64,000 nt of DNA from Candidatus Dadabacteria bacterium (GTDB lineage Bacteria; Desulfobacterota_D; UBA1144; Nemesobacterales; Nemesobacteraceae): NCBI GenBank assembly GCA_028823955.1, contig JAPPFE010000021.1:4165-68164 (forward strand). The letters are read 5' to 3'. Shown here in pieces: positions 9,097 to 19,181 of this stretch. The position numbers and the translations under genes are program-made. The notes beneath the pieces were generated by a model. The model saw nothing but the letters and a program-made list of their open reading frames with translations. It was not told the origin of the DNA and ran no database searches. The stretch's first letter is position 1, and every line of letters starts with the position of its first letter.

Positions 9097-11508
9097 TCAG
9101 TTTATGTTCTTCGGCACCGGGTCAACCTCGAGGGGGTAACCGGACTTGGGAACAACGAAGTTCTTGAGCACAGGCTCATCCGAGAGAAGTACCTTTTCAA
9201 CAACTTCGTCCATATGTTCCACTGGAGTTATCTTTACCTCTTTTCTCACGTTCTCCGGTATGTCCTCAATGTCTTTCTTGTTCTCTACGGGAATCAGCAC
9301 TTCCTTCACCCTGCCCCTGTGGGCGGCGAGGATTTTCTCCTTGAGCCCCCCGATGGTAAGCACTCTTCCGCGAAGCGTGATCTCTCCCGTCATTGCGATT
9401 TCCCTGTTTATGGGCTTTCTCGTAATGGCGCTCGTAATGGCGCTCGCTATCGCTATGCCGGCGCTCGGCCCATCCTTGGGAGTGGCTCCCTCGGGAACGT
9501 GAATGTGTATATCCACGTTCTGATAGAAAAGCCTTTCAAGTCCCAAGCGCTGCGCCCGGCTCCTCACGTAGCTCATCGCCGCGCGCGCGGATTCCTGCAT
9601 CACCTCGCCGAGCTTGCCGGTGACGGTGAAATTCCCTTTACCGGGAACAATGGAAACCTCTATCGTAAGAAGCTCCCCTCCAAGCTCCGTCCACGCAAGC
9701 CCCGTGGCGGCTCCCACCTGGTCGGTCTGCTCAATCTCCCCGTACTCGTACTTGGGAGTGCCGAGGTGCTTGCCGACATTCTTGGCGGTGATGTTGACTC
9801 CCTTGGTCTTTTTCTTCTCAACGATCTCCCTCGCAACCTTCCTGCAAAGCGCCGCTATTCCCCTCTCCAGGTTCCTCACGCCGCTTTCCTTCGTGTACCT
9901 TCTTATGATCTGCAGAAGGGCCTCGTTCTTTATGGTCACCTTGTGGTCGTTAAGGCCATGATCATTCTTCTGCTTCCCTATAAGGAATTTCCTAGCTATC
10001 TGGAGTTTCTCCTGCTCCGTGTATCCGGGAAGGCGGATTATCTCCATTCGGTCCTGAAGCGCCCAGGGAATCGTGTGCAGCACGTTCGCCGTCATTATGA
10101 ACATCACCTTCGAGAGGTCGTAGTCGGCCTCGATGTAATGATCGTTGAAATTTGAGTTCTGCTCAGGGTCAAGGGCCTCAAGAAGCGCCGAAGCCGGATC
10201 TCCCCTGAAATCCATCCCAAGCTTGTCGATCTCGTCGAGGAGAAAGACAGGATTTACGGTTCCGGCCTTTTTCATTCCCTGTATGATCTTGCCTGGAAGG
10301 GCTCCTATGTAGGTCCTCCTGTGTCCCCTTATCTCGGCCTCGTCCCTTACCCCGCCAAGAGACGTCCTGACGAACTTGCGGCCCATTGCGCGCGCTATGG
10401 ACTTGGCCAAAGAGGTCTTTCCCACGCCCGGGGGTCCTACGAAACAGATTATCGGGCCCTTAAGCTTCTCGGCTAGAACCCTAACCGCCAGATATTCAAG
10501 TATTCTCTCCTTGGGTTTTTCAAGGCCGTAGTGATCCTCGTCGAGAATCGATGCGGCTTCCTCGATGTCAAGACGGTCCTCGGTCTTCTCCTTTATCCAC
10601 GGCAGATCCAAAAGCCAGTCGATATAGTTTCTCACCACAGTAGCCTCGGCCGACATGGAGGACATCAGGCGAAGCTTGTTTATCTCTCTTTTTACCCTCT
10701 GCTCAACATCCTCGGGAAGCTCCTTCTCACGAAGCTTTTCCTCAAACTCGTCTATTTCGCTTTTAAGGTCATCTCCCGTGCCGAGCTCCTTCTGAATTGC
10801 CTTCATCTGCTCGTTGAGGTAATACTCCCTCTGGGCCTTCTCCATCTGCTTTTTGACCCTTTTTCCTATGCGCTTTTCCATCTGGAGTATCTCGAGCTCG
10901 GACTGCATCTTCTCGCAAAGCTTCTCCAGCCTCTCGAGCGGATGGAGAACCTCGAGAATCTCCTGCTTGTCCGAAAGCTTCATGCTAAGATGCGAAGCGA
11001 CCGTGTCGCCGAGCTTGCCCGGTTCGTCAATGGACATGAAAGTCACGAGGGTTTCCGAGGGGATCTTCGTGTTGAGTTTCACGTAATCCTCGAAAAGCTT
11101 GGTCGCCGAACGCATGAGCGCTTCAACCTCGACGCTTTCCCCCGAAGGTTCCTCTATCTCCTTTACTTTTACGACAAACATGTCCTTGTGAGAAACAAAG
11201 CCGGATATTGAGGCCCTCTTTTTGCCCTCGACAAGAACCTTCACGGTGCCGTCGGGAAGCCGGAGCATCTGAACTATCGTTCCGATGGTCCCGATTCTGT
11301 ACATATCCTCGTTCCCAGGTTCGTTCACCTTCGCGTCTTTCTGCGCCGAAAGGAATATTTCCTTGCTGCCCTTAGCCGCCTCCTCAAGAGCCTTGATGGA
11401 TTTTTCCCTGCCCACGAAAAGAGGGGCCAGCATGTAGGGGTATATAACTACGTCGCGAAGTGGAAGGAGTGGAAGGACTTTTTGGTTAACGTTTTCGGGA
11501 TCTGACAT
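9097..11508 (-). CDS. lon: ATP-dependent Lon protease (LonA)
   Basis: 803 aa. N-terminal LON domain, Walker [10 protein letters not shown], and C-terminal protease domain with PKDGPSAG. Confidence 0.95.
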   Translation of the reverse strand: MSDPENVNQKVLPLLPLRDVVIYPYMLAPLFVGREKSIKALEEAAKGSKEIFLSAQKDAKVNEPGNEDMYRIGTIGTIVQMLRLPDGTVKVLVEGKKRASISGFVSHKDMFVVKVKEIEEPSGESVEVEALMRSATKLFEDYVKLNTKIPSETLVTFMSIDEPGKLGDTVASHLSMKLSDKQEILEVLHPLERLEKLCEKMQSELEILQMEKRIGKRVKKQMEKAQREYYLNEQMKAIQKELGTGDDLKSEIDEFEEKLREKELPEDVEQRVKREINKLRLMSSMSAEATVVRNYIDWLLDLPWIKEKTEDRLDIEEAASILDEDHYGLEKPKERILEYLAVRVLAEKLKGPIICFVGPPGVGKTSLAKSIARAMGRKFVRTSLGGVRDEAEIRGHRRTYIGALPGKIIQGMKKAGTVNPVFLLDEIDKLGMDFRGDPASALLEALDPEQNSNFNDHYIEADYDLSKVMFIMTANVLHTIPWALQDRMEIIRLPGYTEQEKLQIARKFLIGKQKNDHGLNDHKVTIKNEALLQIIRRYTKESGVRNLERGIAALCRKVAREIVEKKKTKGVNITAKNVGKHLGTPKYEYGEIEQTDQVGAATGLAWTELGGELLTIEVSIVPGKGNFTVTGKLGEVMQESARAAMSYVRSRAQRLGLERLFYQNVDIHIHVPEGATPKDGPSAGIAIASAITSAITRKPINREIAMTGEITLRGRVLTIGGLKEKILAAHRGRVKEVLIPVENKKDIEDIPENVRKEVKITPVEHMDEVVEKVLLSDEPVLKNFVVPKSGYPLEVDPVPKNIN

Positions 11509-11703
11509 TTTCTCCTCCTCAATAATCCTATTTAGAGTATATAATACAGGTTCGGATATTTACAACCCTGTTATTATACAGCATGCAGAGCGCCAGTCAT
11601 AATCGGGCAGGCCTCTTGTTGGAAATAATTACCATCTAGTAGTAATTTTTAACAAGCAGGTTATCATTAAAGGTGCAAAACAAGAAACCAAGGAGGAATA
11701 AAA

Positions 11704-12198
11704 ATGATTGACAGTGACGTACAGGACGCAATAAACACGCAGATAAGAAACGAGTACTATTCATCCTATCTATATCTTTCGATGTCCGCCTATTGTGAAT
11801 CCAAAAACTTTTCCGGTTTCGCAAGCTGGCTTCGCAAGCAGAGCGAAGAGGAGCTTGTGCACGCGTTGAAGTTTTTTGATTACCTGATCGACAGGGGCGG
11901 CAGGGTAACCCTTGATTCGATAGAGCAGCCCCCCTCTGAGTTCGGAGCGTTCCTTGAAATGTTCGAGGAGGTTTTGGAGCATGAAAGGGAGGTTACGGGA
12001 ATGATAAACAACATTTATGATCTCGCCGCCTCGAAAAACGATCAGGCAACTCTAGTAATGCTTCACTGGTTCATAGAAGAACAGGTCGAGGAGGAGAAAA
12101 GCGCCGAGGAAGTCGTAGAGCAGTTGAAGCTAGCAGAGGACAATCCCGCAGCGCTTCTGATTCTCGACAGGGAACTCGCCTCAAGAGAGGGTGAATAA
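11704..12198 (+). CDS. ftn: non-heme ferritin
   Basis: 164 aa ferritin-like four-helix-bundle sequence with ferroxidase-centre glutamates. Strong SD AGGAGG upstream. Confidence 0.85.
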   Translation: MIDSDVQDAINTQIRNEYYSSYLYLSMSAYCESKNFSGFASWLRKQSEEELVHALKFFDYLIDRGGRVTLDSIEQPPSEFGAFLEMFEEVLEHEREVTGMINNIYDLAASKNDQATLVMLHWFIEEQVEEEKSAEEVVEQLKLAEDNPAALLILDRELASREGE

Positions 12199-12295
12199 GC
12201 GAAAACTCTGGCGATCTTTACTTTCAAGCTCCGGTATGTATTTTAGTCTGTTTGTAGATTAAAACGTTCTCCGCAGTGGGGAAGGAAGCGGACAA

Positions 12296-13600
12296 TTGGG
12301 AATAAAATACAACCGGCCTGAAGTAAACAGGCAGATTACAAAACAGCTTATAAGTGACTACGGAGCGATTGTTTCCACGCTCGTGAAGGTTTTCGGCTAC
12401 GAGAGCCTTGAGCACGTGCAGAGAGTATGCGCCAACTCTTTTGAGAAGATGAGGGCCAGATGGGGAAAAGACGGAATTCCCCAGGATCCCCAGAGCGCGG
12501 TGTGGGCTGATATAACGGAGAGCTCAAACAAGCTTTTCTGCAGGAAGATAAACTATCTCTCCAGAGCAAACGGTGCGAAGAGAAAGATCGACGTATCGGG
12601 ATTTCAGCTCCCCTTTCCAGATAAAGAGGAAGTGGCGAAAAACCAGGTTAAGATGCTTTTCGCCCTGTGCGCGCCCGGAGTTGAAAGCTCCATCCAGAAA
12701 TATCTCGTACTGAACGTGCTCTGCGGCTTTTCCTGCTCCTCCCTCGCCAGGATACTGGAGAGAAACGAGAAGGCCCTTGAAGAGCAGCTCGCTTCGGAAA
12801 AAAAGAAGATCACCGAAGCGGCCGTTCGGCTGACCGGGGCCGACATGGAGAAAAATCTCGGGGTGGTGACCAAGAACATATACGAGATTTTCAGCCTCGG
12901 CCAAAACGGTATCCGCAAGGCAATGCCCCCGGTCGCCTCCTTGTGCTTTTCCGCGATAAGGCTTGGCGAAATGCTGCTTGATTTCCCCGCAACGAAAAAA
13001 CCCAGGGTTCACGCCCTCGTATCCTTCATGCTGCTAAACGCCTCGAGACTTCAGACCATGAACGACGGCAACGGAAGACCGCTTGGGATAAAGGAGCAGA
13101 ACAGGGAGCTTTGGGACAGGGACATGATCAAAAGGGGATTTGAGCACCTTGCCCTCTCGGCTGAAGAAGGAGAAGAGGTGACGGAGATTCACCTGAAGGC
13201 AGGCGTTGACGCCGTTCACTCTCTAGCCAAAAAATACGGAGACACGAACTGGGACCGGATTATCTCACTTTACGACAAGTACCTGGCGTGCAACTACTGT
13301 CCGCTTGTCGAACTTCAAAAAGCAATCGCCATTTCCAAAACCCGAGGGGCGCAGGAAGGTCTTCGCGTCATAGGGGGAATACGCGGGGTTGAGGATCTCC
13401 GCTCGCACGATCTTCTGTATTCAACTCTTGGAAATCTTCATTTCCAGCTTCATAAGTACGAAGACGCGATATCGAATTTCAACCGCGCGATCGGCCTTGC
13501 CGAGGACTCTTTCGAAAAGGCATTTTATTCCAAAAAGATAAAGATCTGCGAAGACAGGATGAACATGTCGAAGCGTTACAGGTATGGAGTGTCTTTCTGA
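12296..13600 (+). CDS. putative divergent ECF-type sigma factor with C-terminal TPR-like domain (COG4941-like); otherwise hypothetical
   Basis: 434 aa, TTG start. Weak region-2-like pattern (FEKMRARW ... SNKLFCRKINYLSRAN). Region-4-like LARILERNEKAL. C-terminal TPR-like repeats. Pattern-level call only. Confidence 0.4.
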   Translation: MGIKYNRPEVNRQITKQLISDYGAIVSTLVKVFGYESLEHVQRVCANSFEKMRARWGKDGIPQDPQSAVWADITESSNKLFCRKINYLSRANGAKRKIDVSGFQLPFPDKEEVAKNQVKMLFALCAPGVESSIQKYLVLNVLCGFSCSSLARILERNEKALEEQLASEKKKITEAAVRLTGADMEKNLGVVTKNIYEIFSLGQNGIRKAMPPVASLCFSAIRLGEMLLDFPATKKPRVHALVSFMLLNASRLQTMNDGNGRPLGIKEQNRELWDRDMIKRGFEHLALSAEEGEEVTEIHLKAGVDAVHSLAKKYGDTNWDRIISLYDKYLACNYCPLVELQKAIAISKTRGAQEGLRVIGGIRGVEDLRSHDLLYSTLGNLHFQLHKYEDAISNFNRAIGLAEDSFEKAFYSKKIKICEDRMNMSKRYRYGVSF

Positions 13601-13620
13601 ACACTCCCCGGTCGCTTAAT

Positions 13621-15348
13621 ATGCCCGCGGACTCGATCCTTAAACACGCCTTCATGCTCTGTCTTGTTTTATCCATTGCACTCTCTTCCGCCCACGCGGA
13701 GCCCGATTATTTAAATAAAAGTACGGCGGAATCCACATCTTTTCGAAACGGGATGGTTGTATCCGAGGAGCAGATCGCTACCCTCGTCGGGCTCTCCGTA
13801 CTCAAGGAAGGCGGAAACGCCGTTGATGCAGCGGTCGCCGTCGGATTCGCCCTTGCGGTCACTCACCCGAGAGCCGGAAACCTCGGGGGCGGCGGATTCA
13901 TGCTGGTGCATCTGAGCAAAACGGGACGGACAGTCGCCATAGATTACAGGGAAAAAGCTCCGCTTAAAGCCACGCGCAACATGTTCCTCGATGAGAACGG
14001 AAAGGTTGACACGGAGCGGGCACGGCACAGCATCTATTCCTGCGGGGTTCCGGGAACGGTCGCGGGGCTTTCGCTGGCCCTTGAAAAATACGGGACCATG
14101 CCGCTTGAAAAGGTTCTTGCGCCGGCAATAAGGCTCGCGGAGGAGGGATTTGCGGTTACGCCGGAACTCAGAAAATCGCTTCTGAAAGCAAAAGGGCGCT
14201 TGAAAAAATCAGGCGAGAGCATGGAGATTTTTTTCAAAAACAACGGAGAGCCGCCCCGGGAGGGAGAAATCCTCAGGCAGAAAAACCTTGCGTGGAGCCT
14301 CAAGGAAATAAGCAAAAACGGTCCCGGGGCGTTTTACAGAGGGACGATAGCGAAAAAAATCACGGCTTACATGAAAAAAGAGGGAGGCCTCATAACCGAA
14401 CAGGACCTTACCTCTTATGAGGCTCTCATAAGAGAACCGGTGACCGGAAGCTACAGGGGCTACAGCATACACTCGATGCCGCCTCCAAGCTCGGGCGGGG
14501 TCCATCTTATCCAGATGCTTAACATTCTCGAGCGCTATCCCCTCTCGCAATACGGCCATAATTCCGCGCGCTACATCCATATTCTCTCGGAGACCATGAA
14601 GCTTGCCTACGCCGACAGATCAAAACATCTGGGCGATCCGGACTTCTCTCCCGTTCCCACAGCACATCTTGTCTCAAAACAGTACGCAAAACGCTTGGCA
14701 AACCGCGTCAATCCCCAAAAAGCGACTCCGAGCATATACGTAAAGCCGGGCTCACCACCCCCCGCCGGAGGCACTGACACCACCCACTTCACCGTAGCCG
14801 ACAGGTTCGGAAACGTGGTTTCAAACACGTACACGCTTAATTTCGCCTACGGCTCGGGTCTCGCCGTGGCGGGAACAGGGATACTGCTTAACAACGAAAT
14901 GGATGATTTCTCGGCAAAACCCGCAACGCCGAACGCATACGGTCTCATCGGCGGCGAAAAGAACTCCATTGCCCCCGGCAAAAGAATGCTGAGCTCCATG
15001 ACGCCGACCATCGTGTTTAACGGCGAAGAATTTCTTCTCGCGACGGGGGGCCGTGGAGGGAGCAGAATAATAACTTCCGTGCTTCAGGTCATTCTGAACG
15101 TGATTGATCACAAGATGAGCATCCGGGAGGCCACATCGGCCCCGAGGATACACCACCAGTGGCTCCCCGATACCCTGTACGTGGAAAGGGAAACAGGGAA
15201 AGACCTGGAGGCCAGGCTGCGGGAAAAAGGATACGAGGTGAAAAGAACCGGCCCGATGGAGAGCGCTCAGAGCGTGGCGAAGACAGAAGGGCTCTTTCTC
15301 GGAGCAGCCGATCCCAGGCACCCGGGAGGACTGGCGCAGGGATACTGA
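13621..15348 (+). CDS. ggt: gamma-glutamyltranspeptidase
   Basis: 575 aa. Signal peptide. Autoprocessing-site threonine in GGTDTTHF. GGT large- and small-subunit signatures. Confidence 0.9.
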   Translation: MPADSILKHAFMLCLVLSIALSSAHAEPDYLNKSTAESTSFRNGMVVSEEQIATLVGLSVLKEGGNAVDAAVAVGFALAVTHPRAGNLGGGGFMLVHLSKTGRTVAIDYREKAPLKATRNMFLDENGKVDTERARHSIYSCGVPGTVAGLSLALEKYGTMPLEKVLAPAIRLAEEGFAVTPELRKSLLKAKGRLKKSGESMEIFFKNNGEPPREGEILRQKNLAWSLKEISKNGPGAFYRGTIAKKITAYMKKEGGLITEQDLTSYEALIREPVTGSYRGYSIHSMPPPSSGGVHLIQMLNILERYPLSQYGHNSARYIHILSETMKLAYADRSKHLGDPDFSPVPTAHLVSKQYAKRLANRVNPQKATPSIYVKPGSPPPAGGTDTTHFTVADRFGNVVSNTYTLNFAYGSGLAVAGTGILLNNEMDDFSAKPATPNAYGLIGGEKNSIAPGKRMLSSMTPTIVFNGEEFLLATGGRGGSRIITSVLQVILNVIDHKMSIREATSAPRIHHQWLPDTLYVERETGKDLEARLREKGYEVKRTGPMESAQSVAKTEGLFLGAADPRHPGGLAQGY

Positions 15349-15444
15349 CCCGCACGCCGCGCCCGGGAAAACAGGTTGCCGGAATCCGTCTTTATTTGTA
15401 TGGTAAAATCAAGTCTGAAAACGGAATCCAGAGGAGAACTCTCC

Positions 15445-17334
15445 ATGTTGCGATATCTGCTTTTTGCCGTTGCCGTTTTGCTCCTGTCAGGGTTTGGCAT
15501 CGGCAGCCGGGCGCAAACTTTCAGTTCCGTCGTCACATTCGGCGACAGCTTGAGCGACTCAGGAAATATCGTCCAGTTTTACGCGCCTGTTGCCAAGTCT
15601 CGCGGATTCAATATTCCGGACGGCACAAGCTTCACCACGAATCCCGACCCGGTCTGGGTTGAAATCGTGGCCGAAGCCTTCGGAGCATCGGCAGTCAATT
15701 CGCTCGCCGGCGGGACGAACTATTCCTGGGGAGGCGCCTGCGTAGACCCGGACGTTGCCTGTGAGAATCCCGTGCCCACGACGCGGCAGCAGATCAGCCA
15801 GCATCTCTCGGGCTCAAGCGCGGATCCGGACGCGCTCTACATGATCTGGGGCGGCGCAAACGACATAAGCGCCGTTGCCGGGGAGAACCAGTCTGATCCC
15901 CAGGACGCTCTTGAAGACACGTTGAAAGCGGCGGAAGCATACATAGATCAGATCCGAGGCCTTCAGGACGCCGGCGCGCGTTACGTCGTGGTGCTGAACC
16001 TGCCCGACCGCGGAAAAACCTTAAGCGCCCGGCGCGCCGGAGCCGCGGCCGCGGCAGGACTCTCAGCCCTGACCCGCGCCTACAACGAAGCACTGGACAC
16101 GGGTCTTGCTTCTCTGGAGCGCGGAATCATTCCCGTAAATGTCTCCGCCCTGATGGACGAGATAACTGAAGATCCAGGAAACTACGGATTCACAAACACC
16201 GATGATATAGCCTGCGCTCCCGGTTCAAACCCCCTGCGCCCTGGCGGGGGACTGGAGTCACTGGTATGCGGCCCGACCGACTCAGGCTACCTCTCACCTC
16301 CCAAAACTGACGAGACTTATCTTTTCGCGGATGATTCCCATCCCAGCGGAGCGGTTCACGCGGCGGTTGCAAACACGGTAATCTCCACCCTCGCGGCCCC
16401 GGTTCAGGTATCGCTTGGAGGGGAGGCAGGAGTAGAAGTTGCTAGGGCGCACCGCGACGCCGTATTTACGGAGCGGATGCTTGACCTCGGGTTTAACCGC
16501 TCGGCCAGGAAATGGCGCAGCTACGCTAGGGGCCTGATAGGCAGACACAATCTCGAATCCCTGCCGCATCTGGGCAAAACGCAGGCCGAAATGCATGTGC
16601 TCACCCTGGGCACCGACTACCGCATCGGGGATGGGCTTTACCTGGGCGCGGCATTGAGCCTCGGGAACCACGACAATGATCTCTCGGGCGCAAGCATTGA
16701 CAGCATCGTTGTGACAGGCTCGCTGCACGGCACCCTTGTTTACGACGTTTTTTACCTAAGCGGCGCCTTTAACGGGGGCAGGACATCCATTGACATCAAC
16801 CGTTCGACCCGGCTCGGAGCGGCACTACGCACGGAGCACGGCTCCACAAGCTCCTATCAGTTCGGAACCGATGTTGAAGTGGGCTGGGTTTCGAGCACAT
16901 CCGAGAGATACAGACATAATCTGTTCCTGGGACTCGGATGGCTTAATCAGAAAATCGACGGCTACAGTGAAATCGGCTCCACGTCCACCTCGATGAACTT
17001 CTCGGACTTTGAACGCGACTCCCTATTTGCGAGAGCGGGTTATCAGTTCAAGGGAAATCTAGGTCTAGGCGAAAGGCTGCTGCCATACCTCCGCGTCTCT
17101 TACGAGAGAGAGCTTAACGACGATTCCGTTTCGGTCACCGCGGGATCGAACACCATGTCCGGTCGCTTTACTCTCTCGGGCTTTAAGCCGCCGAATGAAT
17201 GGGTAAACGCCGGCGGCGGCCTTACCGCCAACATCGGCAGCCGGACGAAAACTTTCGTCGGCTACTCCGGGCGCTTTGGCAACGACTCCAACCTCAACCA
17301 TGAGTTCAGCCTCGGAGTGCACATGACATTCTAG
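15445..17334 (+). CDS. GDSL/SGNH esterase autotransporter (EstA-like)
   Basis: Signal peptide. GDSLSDSGN block I motif at the N-terminus. C-terminal ~280-aa autotransporter beta-domain ending in aromatic F. Start chosen at MLRYLLF (15445). Confidence 0.8.
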   Translation: MLRYLLFAVAVLLLSGFGIGSRAQTFSSVVTFGDSLSDSGNIVQFYAPVAKSRGFNIPDGTSFTTNPDPVWVEIVAEAFGASAVNSLAGGTNYSWGGACVDPDVACENPVPTTRQQISQHLSGSSADPDALYMIWGGANDISAVAGENQSDPQDALEDTLKAAEAYIDQIRGLQDAGARYVVVLNLPDRGKTLSARRAGAAAAAGLSALTRAYNEALDTGLASLERGIIPVNVSALMDEITEDPGNYGFTNTDDIACAPGSNPLRPGGGLESLVCGPTDSGYLSPPKTDETYLFADDSHPSGAVHAAVANTVISTLAAPVQVSLGGEAGVEVARAHRDAVFTERMLDLGFNRSARKWRSYARGLIGRHNLESLPHLGKTQAEMHVLTLGTDYRIGDGLYLGAALSLGNHDNDLSGASIDSIVVTGSLHGTLVYDVFYLSGAFNGGRTSIDINRSTRLGAALRTEHGSTSSYQFGTDVEVGWVSSTSERYRHNLFLGLGWLNQKIDGYSEIGSTSTSMNFSDFERDSLFARAGYQFKGNLGLGERLLPYLRVSYERELNDDSVSVTAGSNTMSGRFTLSGFKPPNEWVNAGGGLTANIGSRTKTFVGYSGRFGNDSNLNHEFSLGVHMTF

Positions 17335-17341
17335 AAAAGGG

Positions 17342-18295
17342 TTATTGAGCCGAGATGTAAAGCATCCTGTCTATCGATTTCTTGGCCTTCTGGGCAATAT
17401 CCTCGGGAACCCTGACCTCGTAGACCTCATCCCTTAGGGAATTGAGCACCTTATCAACCGTTATCATCTTCATGTACTCGCAGACCGCGTCGGCCTTGGC
17501 GGGGTAGAACTCCTTCTCGGGGCTCTGCTTCCTGAGAGTGTGAAGAATTCCGGTTTCAGTGGCGACCACGAACTCAGGGGTGTCGGAATTCCGGGTGTAG
17601 TCAATCATCTTTCCCGTAGAGAAAAACTTTATCTCCTTTGCCAGCTCGTCGTCCCTGGCGGCGGAATGAAGAAAAGACGTGGTGCAGCCGCACTCGGGGT
17701 GAACTATCATCTCCGCATTGGGATAGGATTCCTTTATCTTCCTTATATCCTTCGGGCGTATCCCCGCGTGCACGTGGCATTCCCCGGGCCAGATGTGAAT
17801 CTTCCTGCCCGTAGCCTTGGAGACAAAGGCTCCCAGGAACATGTCGGGCAGAAAAAGTATCTCCCTGTCCTTGGGAATGGATTCCACTATCTTGACGGCG
17901 TTTGAGGATGTAACGCAGTAGTCGGTCTCCGACTTGACGGCGGCCGAGGTGTTCACGTAGGAAACCACGAGTGTGTCCGGGTGTTCGGATTTCCACTTTT
18001 TGAGCTGCTCCAGGTTTATGGTCTCGGCAAGGGAGCACCCTGCCTCGGGATCGGGGATGAGCACCTTCTTGTCGGGAGAGATTATGGAAGCGGTTTCGGC
18101 CATGAAGTGGACTCCGCAGAAGATGATGATTTCCGCGTCGGTTTCAGAAGCCTTCTGCGAGAGACCCAAGGAATCCCCCGTGTAGTCGGCAAGATCCTGG
18201 ATTTCGGGTATCTGGTAGTTATGGGCCAGAATTACCGCGTTTTTTTCCTTTCTGAGCCTGTTTATTTCTTCTGAAATGTCACGTAAGCTGTCCAT
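17342..18295 (-). CDS. nadA: quinolinate synthase
   Basis: 317 aa NadA signature. Confidence 0.95.
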   Translation of the reverse strand: MDSLRDISEEINRLRKEKNAVILAHNYQIPEIQDLADYTGDSLGLSQKASETDAEIIIFCGVHFMAETASIISPDKKVLIPDPEAGCSLAETINLEQLKKWKSEHPDTLVVSYVNTSAAVKSETDYCVTSSNAVKIVESIPKDREILFLPDMFLGAFVSKATGRKIHIWPGECHVHAGIRPKDIRKIKESYPNAEMIVHPECGCTTSFLHSAARDDELAKEIKFFSTGKMIDYTRNSDTPEFVVATETGILHTLRKQSPEKEFYPAKADAVCEYMKMITVDKVLNSLRDEVYEVRVPEDIAQKAKKSIDRMLYISAQ

Positions 18296-18332
18296 CTCAA
18301 CAGCCGGGCATCCACTATTTAGCCCGCAACTT

Positions 18333-19181
18333 TCAGTCTAACACATCAAAAGAAATATCTAAACACGGAGCCGAGTGCGTAAGAGCTCCTACGGATATGA
18401 AATCGACTCCGCTTTGCGCCAGATCCCTAACGTTCTCAAGGGTAACTCCGCCGGAGACCTCGACAAGCGCGCGGCGGCCTATCAGGCGCACGGCCTCCCC
18501 GATTTCCCGGATGTCCATGTTGTCAAGCATTATGACGTCAACGCCGCAGGAAACCGCCTCCTTTACCTGCTCCATGGTTTTGGTCTCTACCTCTATGGAG
18601 AAATCCTCTCCGACGCCCCGCCCCGCCCTCTCGACCGCCGCCGTTATGCTCCCGGCGGCCTTTATATGGTTGTCCTTTATGAGCACTCCGTCGTAAAGCC
18701 CGGCGCGGTGATTATGTCCCCCGCCAACTGCCACGGCGTATTTGCTGATCCACCTGAGTCCCGGAAGGGTTTTTCTCGTGTCTTTTATCTTCACTCCGGA
18801 ACCGGCTACGGCCTCGACGAAAAAAGAAGTGAGAGTCGAGATGCCGCTCATTTTCTGAAGTACGTTAAGAGCGGTCCGCTCCGCCGAAAGAATCGCCCTG
18901 CTTCTACCCGTAACGCGGGCAAGAGTGTCTCCCGGCGAAACCCTGTCCCCGTCATGGACAATCTCTTCCCACACACAGTCCGGATCAAGTTTCCGGAAAA
19001 CGGCGCCGGAAAGTCCCAGTCCCGAAACCACGCCGGTCCCCTTCGCACGCACTTCTCCGGTTAAAACGGCGTCTTCGGGAACTATGCTCCCGGTCGTAAC
19101 GTCTCCGCTTCCTATATCCTCCCGAAGGGCAAGCTCCAAGACGGCGTCAACTTCCTGCGGGTAACTTTCGTGCGTCTTCAT
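18333..19181 (-). CDS. nadC: nicotinate-nucleotide pyrophosphorylase (carboxylating)
   Basis: 282 aa QPRTase fold. Confidence 0.9.
   Translation of the reverse strand: MKTHESYPQEVDAVLELALREDIGSGDVTTGSIVPEDAVLTGEVRAKGTGVVSGLGLSGAVFRKLDPDCVWEEIVHDGDRVSPGDTLARVTGRSRAILSAERTALNVLQKMSGISTLTSFFVEAVAGSGVKIKDTRKTLPGLRWISKYAVAVGGGHNHRAGLYDGVLIKDNHIKAAGSITAAVERAGRGVGEDFSIEVETKTMEQVKEAVSCGVDVIMLDNMDIREIGEAVRLIGRRALVEVSGGVTLENVRDLAQSGVDFISVGALTHSAPCLDISFDVLD

Noticed and set aside
9091-11211. Long plus-strand ORFs (354 aa, 226 aa, others) inside the lon gene, and similar antisense ORFs inside glnD (21770-22879), glycerate kinase (25503-26429), accAD (46189-46896), nagZ/anmK and the SSS transporter
   Set aside because: They are antisense to strongly conserved, motif-rich genes, show no motifs themselves and have low-complexity Arg/Pro/Gly-rich translations typical of GC-rich antisense frames.
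11568-11581. CTGTTATTATACAG (LexA-box-like CTGT-N6-ACAG) and nearby GGTT-N11-AACC upstream of lon
   Set aside because: Spacing differs from the canonical CTGT-N8-ACAG SOS box, and the lineage's LexA motif is unknown. Probably coincidental in an AT-rich promoter.
11626-11647. Imperfect inverted repeat TAATTAC-N9-GTAATT upstream of the ferritin gene as a possible Fur box
   Set aside because: Only 6 of 7 bp match and there is little resemblance to the GATAATGATAATCATTATC consensus. Insufficient support.
12296-13600. Confident sigma-factor call for the 434-aa protein
   Set aside because: The region 2 and region 4 resemblance is only pattern-level (FEKMRARW, LFCRKINYLSRAN, LARILERNEKAL). Kept as a low-confidence putative ECF-like sigma factor with TPR domain.
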